From contig NC_083237.1 in NCBI RefSeq assembly GCF_032191835.1, positions 10,478,001 through 10,542,000 of the forward strand: a stretch of 64,000 nt of DNA, read 5' to 3'. This document shows positions 49,026-59,787 of the stretch, piece after piece; the stretch's first letter is position 1; each line of letters starts with the position of its first letter. The position numbers and the translations under genes are program-made. A model generated the notes under the pieces. The model ran no database searches. It saw only the letters and a program-made list of their open reading frames with translations, and was not told where the DNA came from. Source of the stretch: Heteronotia binoei (lineage: Eukaryota).

Positions 49026-49289
49026 GACCGATTTCACACTCAGCTTGTTTCAGTCTCGGAGCCCTCCCCCCCGGACGCTTTTGTCTGATTTTGCACAAGC
49101 TGCCGTAGGACTGTGATTTGCCTTTCCTCTTTCCTGTGGCAAACAGAAATTGGTTTTCAGAGGATCTTGCTTTGCCATGGGAAAGAGGCAAAGCAATTCA
49201 CAGCCCTGCGGCAGCTTGTGCAAAATCAGACAGAAGTGCCAGGGAAAAACAGGCTCCCAGTCTAGAAAACGCCTAGCGTGAAATCTGCC
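49026..49289. mobile_element. Harbinger-type palindromic MITE
   Basis: Imperfect TIR G(AC/GC)(C/A)GATTTCAC; 3-bp TSD CAA; absent at the paralogous site near 56510. Confidence 0.7.
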
Positions 49290-49806
49290 CAAGAGTCCAG
49301 TAGCACCTTAAAGATGAAAAAAAATTATGGCAGGGTAGGAGCTTCTGTGAGTTCCTTCTGAAGCGAGCAGTAACTCACAAAATCTCATACCCTGCCACAA
49401 ATTTTGTTAGGACTCATGATGCTACTGAACTCCTTCTCCTTTCCACTGCTACAGACAGATTAACGCAGGTAACCATACTTATTTAATTAATTTGATTTGT
49501 TTCCTGAGCTCAGGGTGGTTCACAGCATGAGGTGACACAATAAACAATAATTCATAAAAACGACAACCAGTTCATCTAGACAGATGGCAGCTTAACCATT
49601 CTAAGTACGGTATTTGCTGCAACAGTGTCAGCGAGGGTGCATTCCTTTCAAAAGAAGACAGAGTCGCTGGTTCCGGTGCCCAGTTGGTCTAGGCAAAGCC
49701 ATGAGGCAAGCTGAGGCAGATTAACAGCTGGATCGCATTAAGCAGGGAAGTCCACTTTGAGTCTCAGTAAGAAAAGTGGACTATACGTACAGCAAGCCAA
49801 TACACC

Positions 49807-49974
49807 CAGGGCTTGAATTCAGCTGGAGCTCACAGGAGTATAGCTCCTGAACCTCCAACCAGGGTCTGCATGCAGTGGGGAGTTCTCTCCCCACTTCACA
49901 TAGATCCTGGGACATATGCAAATGAGATATGCTACTGATCTCCTGAACCTTTTTCCCCCTACAAACCACCCCTG
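49807..49974. mobile_element. hAT MITE (related copy at 8167-8333)
   Basis: CAGGG...CCCTG ends; TSD AATACA(C/T)C; absent at the paralogous site near 57040; the 8167 copy has TSD GTCTGCT(C/G). Confidence 0.8.
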
Positions 49975-50513
49975 AATACATCCATTATTATTATTATTAT
50001 TATTGCAAGAATTTGTGTGAAGTTTTTGAATAAATTAGTATGTAGTTGTTTCTTTTTGGGTTACTTTACTGTTTTATTGAGATTTTATACGCGCACACAC
50101 ACACTTGGGTACAGGTGCTTCTTGTCCTCTCAATAGCTCCTTGGATTTTAGAGATCCAGATTATCTGATCTAATTTCTAATAAGAAACAGATGTCTTTTA
50201 GTCTTTTTATCCAGGTAAACAGATGCAATGGGATTCTCTTCCATAGGTACTCAGGAAACACGACTTGGGCCATACTACTATCAAGACTGCAAAACAGGAA
50301 TTCTTAATTTATTTGAGCACCAAATACCTAGTATGATTTTGTTTGTCACTTGTGCAAATTGAACGTATTGTTCATTATTTTTCCATCCTTGTCTGTTTTT
50401 TTCTCATTATTATTCATTTCATTTCATTCCTTCAATTTTTGTTGTATGACAGACCTCTTGGAAGTTCTCCCAACACCTCCTGATACCTGAAGTGGCCTCA
50501 TCTATTTATAGTT

Positions 50514-51482
50514 ATGATGAATATCTCAGCAGTTACTGAATTTGTCCTTTTGGGCTTTCCATTGCTTTACAACATACGCATCCTTTGTTTCTCATTGGTT
50601 CTGGTGATGTACAGCCTAAGTATGCTGGGAAATGGATTCATCCTCGCTATAGTTATGATTGACCAGAAACTCCAAACACCCATGTATGGCTTCTTGTGCA
50701 ACTTGGCCTTTCTAGAGATCTGTTACACCAGCATCGTAATCCCTAAATTATTGGAGACATTCATCAATACAAGGACCACCATTTGTTACCGTTGCTGCAT
50801 GGCTCAGATATTTTTCATCTTCTCCTTTGGTGCCATTGAACTCCTTCTCCTGACAATAATGGCCTTTGACCGCTACATTGCCATTTGTAAACCACTTCGC
50901 TATGCAGTCATCATGACCAAAAATGTCTGCATCCAGTTGGCTATGGGGTGCTGGCTGGGAGGATTTGTACATATTTTCTTCCAAGCTGTCTTGGTATGGA
51001 CTCTGCCCTTCTGTGAAAAAACTGTTCTAGACCATTATTTCTGTGACATTGGGCCAGTGTTAAGTTTGTCCTGTGCTGACACTCGTTTGCTTGAATTCCT
51101 GGGGTTGCTGTCGGCCATCTCCATTGTGATCATCACTCTTTTCCTCATTGTGGTGTCCTATGTGTACATCATCTCTACCATATTACGTATCCCGTCAGCG
51201 AGTGGGCAGAAGAAAGCATTTTCCACTTGCACTTCTCATTTGACGGTGGTTTCCATTTTGTATGGAGCCATTGCTTTTATGTATATTCGGCCCAATGTCC
51301 ACTCTTCCTTTCACTTCAGCAAGGCAGTAGCATTCTTGAACACGGTCCTTGCCCCCATGCTGAACCCTTTCATTTATACAATAAGGAATGTAGAAGTAAA
51401 GCAAGCCTTCTGGAGAGCTGTCCATAAAACAGGAGGTCCCCTCAAAAAGAAAATATTCTTAGGAAGGAAGGCTAGTAAGTAG
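50514..51482 (+). CDS. Olfactory receptor, family-6-like (subfamily C, copy 2)
   Basis: 322 aa, full motif set; acceptor ends 50511. Confidence 0.95.
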   Translation: MMNISAVTEFVLLGFPLLYNIRILCFSLVLVMYSLSMLGNGFILAIVMIDQKLQTPMYGFLCNLAFLEICYTSIVIPKLLETFINTRTTICYRCCMAQIFFIFSFGAIELLLLTIMAFDRYIAICKPLRYAVIMTKNVCIQLAMGCWLGGFVHIFFQAVLVWTLPFCEKTVLDHYFCDIGPVLSLSCADTRLLEFLGLLSAISIVIITLFLIVVSYVYIISTILRIPSASGQKKAFSTCTSHLTVVSILYGAIAFMYIRPNVHSSFHFSKAVAFLNTVLAPMLNPFIYTIRNVEVKQAFWRAVHKTGGPLKKKIFLGRKASK

Positions 51483-52548
51483 CTTTTGATAGACCAGAAA
51501 CTCCAAACAGGAAGTTGCCAGGAAATGTTACTTCCATCTTTCCTCATGGCAAAGGGAAAGGTGATTCCCACCTTTCACCAAGGAACCTCTAAAAGATGTG
51601 TTTACTCTTCGAGTTTAACTAGACACCATGGTTGTGTTCTAAGGGGAGGGGATTTATAATTTCAGATCAAGGCATGGGGGGCAAGGTTACCATAATTGCT
51701 TATTCTCAGGTAGGACAGTATGATTCTGGATTCAAATCTGTGTTGTTTAGGAGGTTCTGGAGTTTGAGGCCATTATTTTCAATGGGGAATATATATAAGG
51801 GTCTGGGACAATTGTTTACAAAGATAATGACCACATTTACACAGAATACAATCCTTCCTGTTATCTTACCCCCTTCCCCCTTCATGTCAAGTAGATTGAA
51901 CAAAGAGGTTTAAATTTACAGAACCACCAAAGTTGGTGTGCAGCTGTATTCTTAATGATTCCCATAAGCATGGTCAAACATCAGCCTAGCAGAAGAGCTC
52001 GGGCCAGATATGATATTTTAAAAACCTTTCTGCATTCATTTTGTTTTCCTACTCTTACAGGGACTAGCAATAAAACAAAATGCCTTTTAACTGAAAAATC
52101 TCAATTTTTCATTCTTCCTTGTTGTGGTCTCTTTCCACCAAGCAAAAGTGGTTTCCTTTCAGAACCCTCCCTGTCCTTTCCTATTATTCTGCCATTATTC
52201 TGTATGGGGGATGTTTCATAGGGTACTACAATTGCTGCAGTGTGGGTATTGTCTGTCTACTGGAAAACCTCAAGTTTCAAGTAGATTGAACCAAGGCCTT
52301 GAGTTGTACAGGACCTTTGCACTCTGTTCAAAAAGAACTGTTTACATTTTTGAGTTCCACTCTCATCTAGATATGAGGAACATCTAGATATGAGGAACTT
52401 TGGCTCCAATCTTTTAGAATCATAGAATAATAGAGTTGGAAGGGACCTCCAGGGTCATCTAGTCCAACCCCTGCACAATGCAGGAAATTCACAAGCACCC
52501 CTCCCTAGATTCACAGGATCTGCATTGCTGTCAGATGTCCATCTAGCC

Positions 52549-52684
52549 CAGGGGTAGGGAACGTTGACTCTCCAGATGTTTTTGCCTACAACTCCCATCC
52601 GCCCCAGCCATTGGCCATGCTGGCTGGGGCTGATGGGAGTTGTAGGACAAAAAACATCTGGAGAGTCAACGTTCCCTCCCCCTG
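52549..52684. mobile_element. hAT-type fold-back MITE (same family as 736-872)
   Basis: Near-perfect palindrome; 8-bp TSD ATCTAGCC; inserted in a CR1 fragment. Confidence 0.92.
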
Positions 52685-53622
52685 ATCTAGCCTCTTGCCT
52701 TGACAGGGAGGGTGTTTTTAACCTAGTGATGCAATGACTGGTCTGAGCCTTCTGTCAGAAAAGGGAAGTACCTGACCATCCAGTTTCTTGATTGACAGCT
52801 AATCTGAATTCAACACCAGTGTTTGAGATGCTAAGAACCCTCTGCCAGCTTCATGGTTGGGTCTTGCCGGAGAGGCCAGAATGCATTTCCAAATAGATAA
52901 TAATTATAAATGCACTATTTGTTTCTAAGTACTGTTTTTCTTTTCCCTTCTGTAAGACGCATACTGACATTTCTTCTTGCTTGAAAACTTGTGCAATGTG
53001 GTTTTCTTTTAATAAATCGTAGATTCTTTGGGACAGGTTCTCTCTCTCTCTCTCTCTCAAATTATGGGGTTCCTGCCAATTTCAACCCCACTCCCCATCA
53101 CCGCCTTTGATGAACCAGGTGAGATGAGATTGCTAGGAAGGTTCCTATATGCCTAAATTCCCTAACAGTGTTCATTGGGGCTTCCAAGCATATTGCAGTT
53201 GCGAGATCTTGTGGCAAGTAGTGTGTAGACGATAAAGATGGGGTCCGTTATGATCAGGACATCGTTGTGGAAAAAGGGGCTCTTGACTTGCCCTTGTGTC
53301 GTTTTCAGCAGCCAAAAACCTGCAGAGGCAGATGTTATTTGCACTGTAGTGAGCTGCAAGTGCATCGTTTCTGTTTGGGTGCAGCCTGTGCACGGTGCAA
53401 ATTACACCTGTTGCCACAACCCTTTGCTTGTTTTGACTGCCAAAAATGGTGTCGATGTGTTCTTCATCGCATATGGCACAACAAGGCATCCTAAATCCGT
53501 GCAAGAGATAACCTGACTGAGTACAGTTCTGACAGAACTTCTTCAGGGGCAATATTTCAGGCTGTTCCTTATGTTTGCTCAGTAAGGAGTTAAAAAGCCA
53601 CACGAGTGACTGCATGTATTAA

Positions 53623-53657
<35 letters not shown>

Positions 53658-53660
53658 AAA

Positions 53661-54945
53661 TATCCATGCGTGTCAAATAGAGGGAGAAATGAACATGGAA
53701 GAATGAACAAACATGTGGACAAAGGAGACCCGATAGATGTTGTTTACCTTGACTTCCAGAAAGCTTTTGATAAAGTTCCTCATCAAAGGCTCCTTAGAAA
53801 GCTTGAGAATCATGGAGTAAAAGGACAGGTCCTCTTGTGGATCAAAAACTGGCTGAGTAATAGGAAGCAGAGAGTGAGTATAAATGGGCAGTCTTCGCAG
53901 TGGAGGACGGTAAGCAGTGGGGTGCCGCAGGGCTCGGTACTGGGTCCCATGCTTTTTAACTTGTTCATAAATGATTTAGAGTTCGGAGTGAGCAGTGAAG
54001 TGGCCAAGTTTGCGGATGACACTAAATTGTTCAGGGTGGTGAGAACCAGAGAGGATTGTGAGGAACTCCAAAGGGATCTGTTGAGGCTGGGTGAGTGGGC
54101 GTCAACGTGGCAGATGCGGTTCAATGTGGCCAAGTGCAAAGTAATGCACATTGGGGCTAAGAATCCCAGCTACAAATACAAGTTGATGGGGTGTGAACTG
54201 GCAGAGACTGATCAAGAGAGAGATCTTGGGGTCATGATAGATAACTCACTGAAAGTGTCAAGACAGTGTGCGTTTGCAATAAAAAAGGCCAATGCCATGC
54301 TGGGAATTATTAGGAAGGGAATTGAAAACAAATCAGCCAGTATCATAATGCCCCTGTATAAATCGATGGTGCGGTCTCATTTGGAGTACTGTGTGCAGTT
54401 CTGGTCGCCGCACGTCAAAAAGGATATTATAGCTTTAGAGAAGGTGCAGAGAAGGGCAACTAGAATGATTAAAGGGCTGGAGCACTTTCCCTATGAAGAA
54501 AGGTTGAAACGCTTGGGACTCTTTAGCTTGGAGAAACGTCGACTGCGGGGTGACATGATAGAGGTTTACAAGATAATGCATGGAATGGAGAAAGTAGAGA
54601 AAGAAGTACTTTTCTCCCTTTCTCACAATACAAGAACTCGTGGGCATTCGATGAAATTGCTGAGCAGACAGGTTAAGACGGATAAAAGGAAGCACTTCTT
54701 CACCCAAAGGGTGATTAACATGTGGAATTCACTGCCACAGGAGGTGGTGGCGGCCACAAGTATAGCCACCTTCAAGAGGGGTTTAGATAAAAATATGGAG
54801 CACAGGTCCATCAGTGGCTATTAGCCACAGTGTATGTGTGTATATAACATTTTTTGCCACTGTGTGACACAGAGTGTTGGACTTGATGGGCCGTTGGCCT
54901 GATCCAACATGGCTTCTCTTATGTTCTTATGTTCTTATGTTCTTA
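53661..54945 (+). mobile_element. 5'-truncated CR1 LINE with an open RT frame (53670-54824)
   Basis: [41 protein letters not shown]; 3' tail (TTCTTATG)n; preceded by (TAAA)n. Confidence 0.93.
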
Positions 54946-57620
54946 ACTATAAAGCAAAACAAAACAAAATATTTTTTGTGGCTTAATTAATGCTCTTAAG
55001 AAGTCTAGGAGAGTTTTTCTCAAGAGACATCCCTCTGGGAAATAATGGTTGATATTAGGATGTACCATCAAAAAGGAAGGCATAATTGCTCCATTTTATC
55101 AGAAGTGGCTTCAAAACAATATGTCAGGTACATTGGAAAGCAATAAGGTTAGTGTATACCATTCATTGCCCTTATCTATTGTCCTATTGCCCTGATGTGG
55201 ATAACCCAGGCTAGTGCAGACTCATCAGGTCTTGGGAGCTAAGCAGCATTGTCTCTGCTTAGTAGTTGGATGGGAAACCACCAAGGGATCTCAGGGTGGC
55301 TATGCCAAGACACTGTCTTGGTCTATCTGCGGTCGGTGAGACAAAAGTACAGATTACTTTTTTATAACGTATCTAAGCATAGCATCATAAGTGCAACATA
55401 AGAAGACAATGAAATACTCCACATTGAATTTTGTAAGATGCTATGCATCATGATTGTAGTTGCTTGGTAGTCATTCTTTTTTATTCTAAAAATATACCAG
55501 AAACTGACGCACACCTCTTAACTCAACAGAAACAGTGTCCAAGTAACTGGGCTTATGAGCAGGAGATAGGATACAACTCATCTTGTCGTTAGTGCAGCAG
55601 TAGAACCCATTGTGCATAACTGTGCACCAATTGTAATATGTTCCATCAATTAGAAGAGAACTCGTTGTTCCATTGCATCCCTCCATTTTCCTTAGAAAAG
55701 GTGAGGAACTTCTAGTTAACTGATATGTATTTTTGCATTAATATCATCCTATATTAAAAACTATCTCTATAGCTTAGAAAAAGTAATTGGAGAGTAGGAA
55801 ATTAATTATCACAGTCCCTTTAAAGAGGATTTGAAGAAAGTCACAAAAACATCTAAGCTGTTTCAGGCTTTCTTGTCCAAGCTCTTTAAAGTTTAGTGGG
55901 ACTGCAAAAGAAAGCCTGAAAATGGGAAGTAGGCTGCTTTATGCAGCTGGGGGGGGGGGGAGGTGGTTCCTTGTGCACACTTAAAATAGCTTCTGCCTGG
56001 TTTTGGGCTTTCTAGTGATAGCCCAAAATAGCTGAGCAGCAGAAAGCAGGGGTTTAAAGGGTCCCGGAATCCCTTCAAACCTCTCTTTTTGCTTTGCCCT
56101 TGAACCATCAGGTACCTCCACAAACTGTTTTAAAAATTCATGTAAGTTTGCAATGGTAGATGCACGACTGACTTGTTTTGTGTACCACAAACCGGTCAAA
56201 ATTCATTATGATTGGATTATAGAATGTTATAGGACATCCTATCAGACTGCTGCATGTATTATCCTGTTGTCATTCCATTGCATTTTTACTGCTTTCACGC
56301 TATTTTTTTATCCATTATATTAACGGGAACACACTGAATGAGCCTGTACTAGTAGTCAGATTTCCAGAAATCTTTTTTTTTGGGGGGGGGGAATCATAAA
56401 ATATTATGCATGATATTGATAGTGTCATATTGATATAAACCAAACGTAGTGCTTATTATATGTTCTTTTATTCGGACTGTTGCCAGTTTATACTGTAGAA
56501 GAAAAGAGCAGGAGTCCAGTAGCACCTTAAAGATTAACAAAAATTGTGGCAGAGTAGAAGCTTTTGTGAGTCCCTTCTGAAGTGAGCAGCGACTCAAAAA
56601 CAAAACAACAACCTCTTAACCTGCCATGAATTTTGTTAGGGGTCATGGTGCTACTGGACCCCTGCTCTTTCCCACTGCTACAGACAGCCCGACAGAGGTA
56701 ACCGTATTTATTTAATTAATTCAATTTGTATACCGCCCTCAGGGCAGCTCACAGCATGAGGTGAGACAATGAACAGCAATTCATAAAAACGACAACCGGC
56801 TCATCTGAGCAGATCGGTTAAAATTTCTGATGGCAGCTTAGCCACTCTAACGACAGTACTTGCTGCAAAGGTGTCAGCGAGGGCACCTTCCTTTCGAAAG
56901 AAGACAGAGTCGCTGGTTCCGGTGCCCGGTTGGTCTAGGCAAAGCCATGAGGCAGCTGAGGCAGATTAACAGCTGGATCTCATTGAGCAGGGAAGTCCAC
57001 TTTGAGTCTCAGTAAGAGAAGTGGACTATACGTACAGCAATCCAATACATCCATTTATTATTATTTTTATTGGAAGAAGTTGTGACAAGTTTTTGAATAA
57101 ATTAGTCTGTAGTTGCCTGCTTTTAGGGTTTGTTTTTACTGTTTTATTGACATTTTTAATATACTTGGATACATGTGCTTCTCATCCTTTCACACATACA
57201 CACATCCATGGGTATAGGTGCTTCTAGTCCTCTCAATAGCTCCCTGGATTTTATTTATCCATTGTTTTTTATTCTTTTTATCCAGGTAAAAAGGTGCAAT
57301 GGAATTCTCTTCCATAGGTTCTCAGGAAACACCAACTGGGCAATACTACTATCAAAACTGTGCAAAACAGGGATTCTTAATTTATTTCAGCCCCAAATTC
57401 CATGTATGATTTTGTTTGTCACTTGTGCAAATTGAACATATTGTTCATTATTTTTTCCATCCTTGTCTATTTTATCGTTTTACTTATTTCATTTCGAGAA
57501 ACTATATTCTGAATGTGCAGGTTATGGCAGTAGGCTGGATAATTTATTGTATGACAGACCATTTGGAAGTTCTCCTACACCTCCTGATACCTGAAGTAGC
57601 GTCATCCATTTATAGTTAAG

Positions 57621-58586
57621 ATGAATATCTCAGCAGTTACTGAATTTGTCCTTTTGGGCTTTCCATCGCTTTACAACATACGTATGCTTTGTTTCTTGGT
57701 GGTTCTGGTGATGTACGGCCTAAGCATACTGGGAAATGGATTCATCCTCACTATAGTTATGATTGACCAGAAACTCCAAAAACCCATGTATGGCTTCTTG
57801 TGCAATCTGGCCTTTCTAGAGATCTGTTACATCAGCATCATAATCCCTAAATTATTGGAGACATTCATCAATACAAGGACTACCATTTGTTACCTTTGCT
57901 GCATGACTCAGATATTTTTCATCTTCTCCTTTGCTGTCATTCAACTCTTGCTCCTGACAATAATGGCCTTTGACCGCTACATAGCGATATGCAAACCACT
58001 TCGTTACACAGTCATCATGACCAAAAATGTCTGCATTCGGTTGGCGATAGGGTGCTGGCTGGTAGGATTTCTATATAATTTCTTTGAAGCTGTCTTGGTA
58101 TGGTCTCTGCCCTTCTGTGGAAACAATGTTCTAGACCATTATTTCTGTGACATTGGGCCAGTGTTAAGTTTGTCCTGTGCTGACACTCAGTTCCTTGAAT
58201 TCATGTGCATGTTGTCAGCCATCTCCATTGTGGTCATCACTCTTTCCCTCATTGTGGTGTCCTATGTTTACATCATCTCTACCATATTACGTATTCCATC
58301 AGCGAGTGGGCGGAAGAAAGCATTTTCCACTTGCACTTCTCATTTGACGGTGGTTTCCATTTTGTATGGAGCCATTGCTTTTATGTATATTCGGCCCAAT
58401 GTGCACTCTTCCTTCCACTTCAGTAAGGCAGTAGCATTCTTGAACACAGTCCTTGCCCCCATGCTGAACCCTTTCATTTACACAATAAGGAATGAAGAAG
58501 TAAAGCAAGCCTTCTGGAGAGCTGTCCATAAAACAGGAGAACCCCTTAAAAAGAAAATATTCTTAGGAAGGAAGTCTGCTAAGTAG
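57621..58586 (+). CDS. Olfactory receptor, family-6-like (subfamily C, copy 3)
   Basis: 321 aa, full motif set; acceptor ends 57615. Confidence 0.95.
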   Translation: MNISAVTEFVLLGFPSLYNIRMLCFLVVLVMYGLSILGNGFILTIVMIDQKLQKPMYGFLCNLAFLEICYISIIIPKLLETFINTRTTICYLCCMTQIFFIFSFAVIQLLLLTIMAFDRYIAICKPLRYTVIMTKNVCIRLAIGCWLVGFLYNFFEAVLVWSLPFCGNNVLDHYFCDIGPVLSLSCADTQFLEFMCMLSAISIVVITLSLIVVSYVYIISTILRIPSASGRKKAFSTCTSHLTVVSILYGAIAFMYIRPNVHSSFHFSKAVAFLNTVLAPMLNPFIYTIRNEEVKQAFWRAVHKTGEPLKKKIFLGRKSAK

Positions 58587-58749
58587 CTTTTGATTTTTTT
58601 GGCCAGGAAGTTGCAATGAAATGTTGTTTCCATATTTCCTGAGGGCAAAGAGAAAAGTGATTCCCACATTTCACCAAGGAACTTTAACAGTTCCCTTCAC
58701 TCTTGAAGATTAGCTAGACATCATGGGCGTGTTCCAAGGGGGGGGGAGT

Positions 58750-59033
58750 TATAAGAACATAAGAACATAAGAGAAGCCATGTTGGATCAGGCCAACGGCC
58801 CATCAAGTCCAACTGATGTCACACAGTGTCACACTCTGTGTCACACAGTGGCAAAAAATTTTATATACACACATACACTGTGGCTAATAGCCACTGATGG
58901 ACCTGTGCTCCATATTTTTATCTAAACCCCTCTTGAAGGTGGCTATACTTGTGGCCGCCACCACCTCCTGTGGCAGTGAATTCCACATGTTAATCACCCT
59001 TTGGGTGAAGAAGTACTTCCTTTTATCCGTTTT
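58750..59033 (-). mobile_element. Short, young CR1 3' fragment
   Basis: Reverse complement of 54690-54930 with few differences. Confidence 0.85.
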
Positions 59034-59292
59034 ATAATGTCAGAGAAAGACTGGGAGGGGAAGTGTTACTTTAATTGTTCTTTCTCGGGCCAGATGTTAT
59101 GATTTTGGATTCAAATATGTGATGTTTAGGGGGTTCTGGAGTTAGAGGCCATCATTTTCAATGGAGAATATATATAAGGGTCCTGGGCAACTGTTTACAA
59201 AGATAATGGCACCAAATTTGCACAGCACACATTCCTTCCTATTATCTAACAACCCACCCACCCCTAATTTCAAGAAGATTGAACAAAGTTTC

Positions 59293-59787
59293 TTTGCCCT
59301 TCTGTGGAAAAAAATGTTCTAGACCATTATTCTGTTCTAGACCATTATTTCTGTGACATTGAACCAGTGTTAAGTTTGTCTTGTGCTCATACTCGTTTGC
59401 TTGAATTCCTGGGGTTGCTGTCGGCCATCTCCATTGTGGTCATCACTCTTTTCCTCATTATGGTGTCCTATGTGTACATCATCTCTACCATATTATGTAT
59501 CCCATCGTGGGCACAAGAAAACATTGTCCACTTGCACTTCTCATTTGACTGTGGTTTCCATTTTGTATGGAGCCATTGCTTTTGTGTATATTCGGCCAAA
59601 TGTGCACTCTTCCTTTCACTTCAGTAAGGCAGTAGCAGTCTTGAACACGGTCCTTGCCCCCATGCTGAACCCTTTCATTGATACGATAAGGAATGTAGAA
59701 GTAAAGCAAGCCTTCTGGAGAGCCATCCATAAAACAAGCAGGCCCCTCAAAGAGAAAATATTCTTAGAAAGGAAGGCTGGTAAGTAG
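59293..59787 (+). pseudogene. 5'-truncated, frameshifted subfamily C OR (ECL2 to C-terminus)
   Basis: Begins at LPFC; 18-nt tandem duplication (VLDHYS-VLDHYF); small deletion near 59505 shifts the frame before KAFSTC; ends PMLNPFIDTIRN...RKAGK. Confidence 0.88.

Noticed and set aside
53172-53615. 147-aa ORF and 195-aa ORF at 62437-63024
   Set aside because: They lie in repeat or duplicated flank sequence, and the frame is not conserved in paralogous units.
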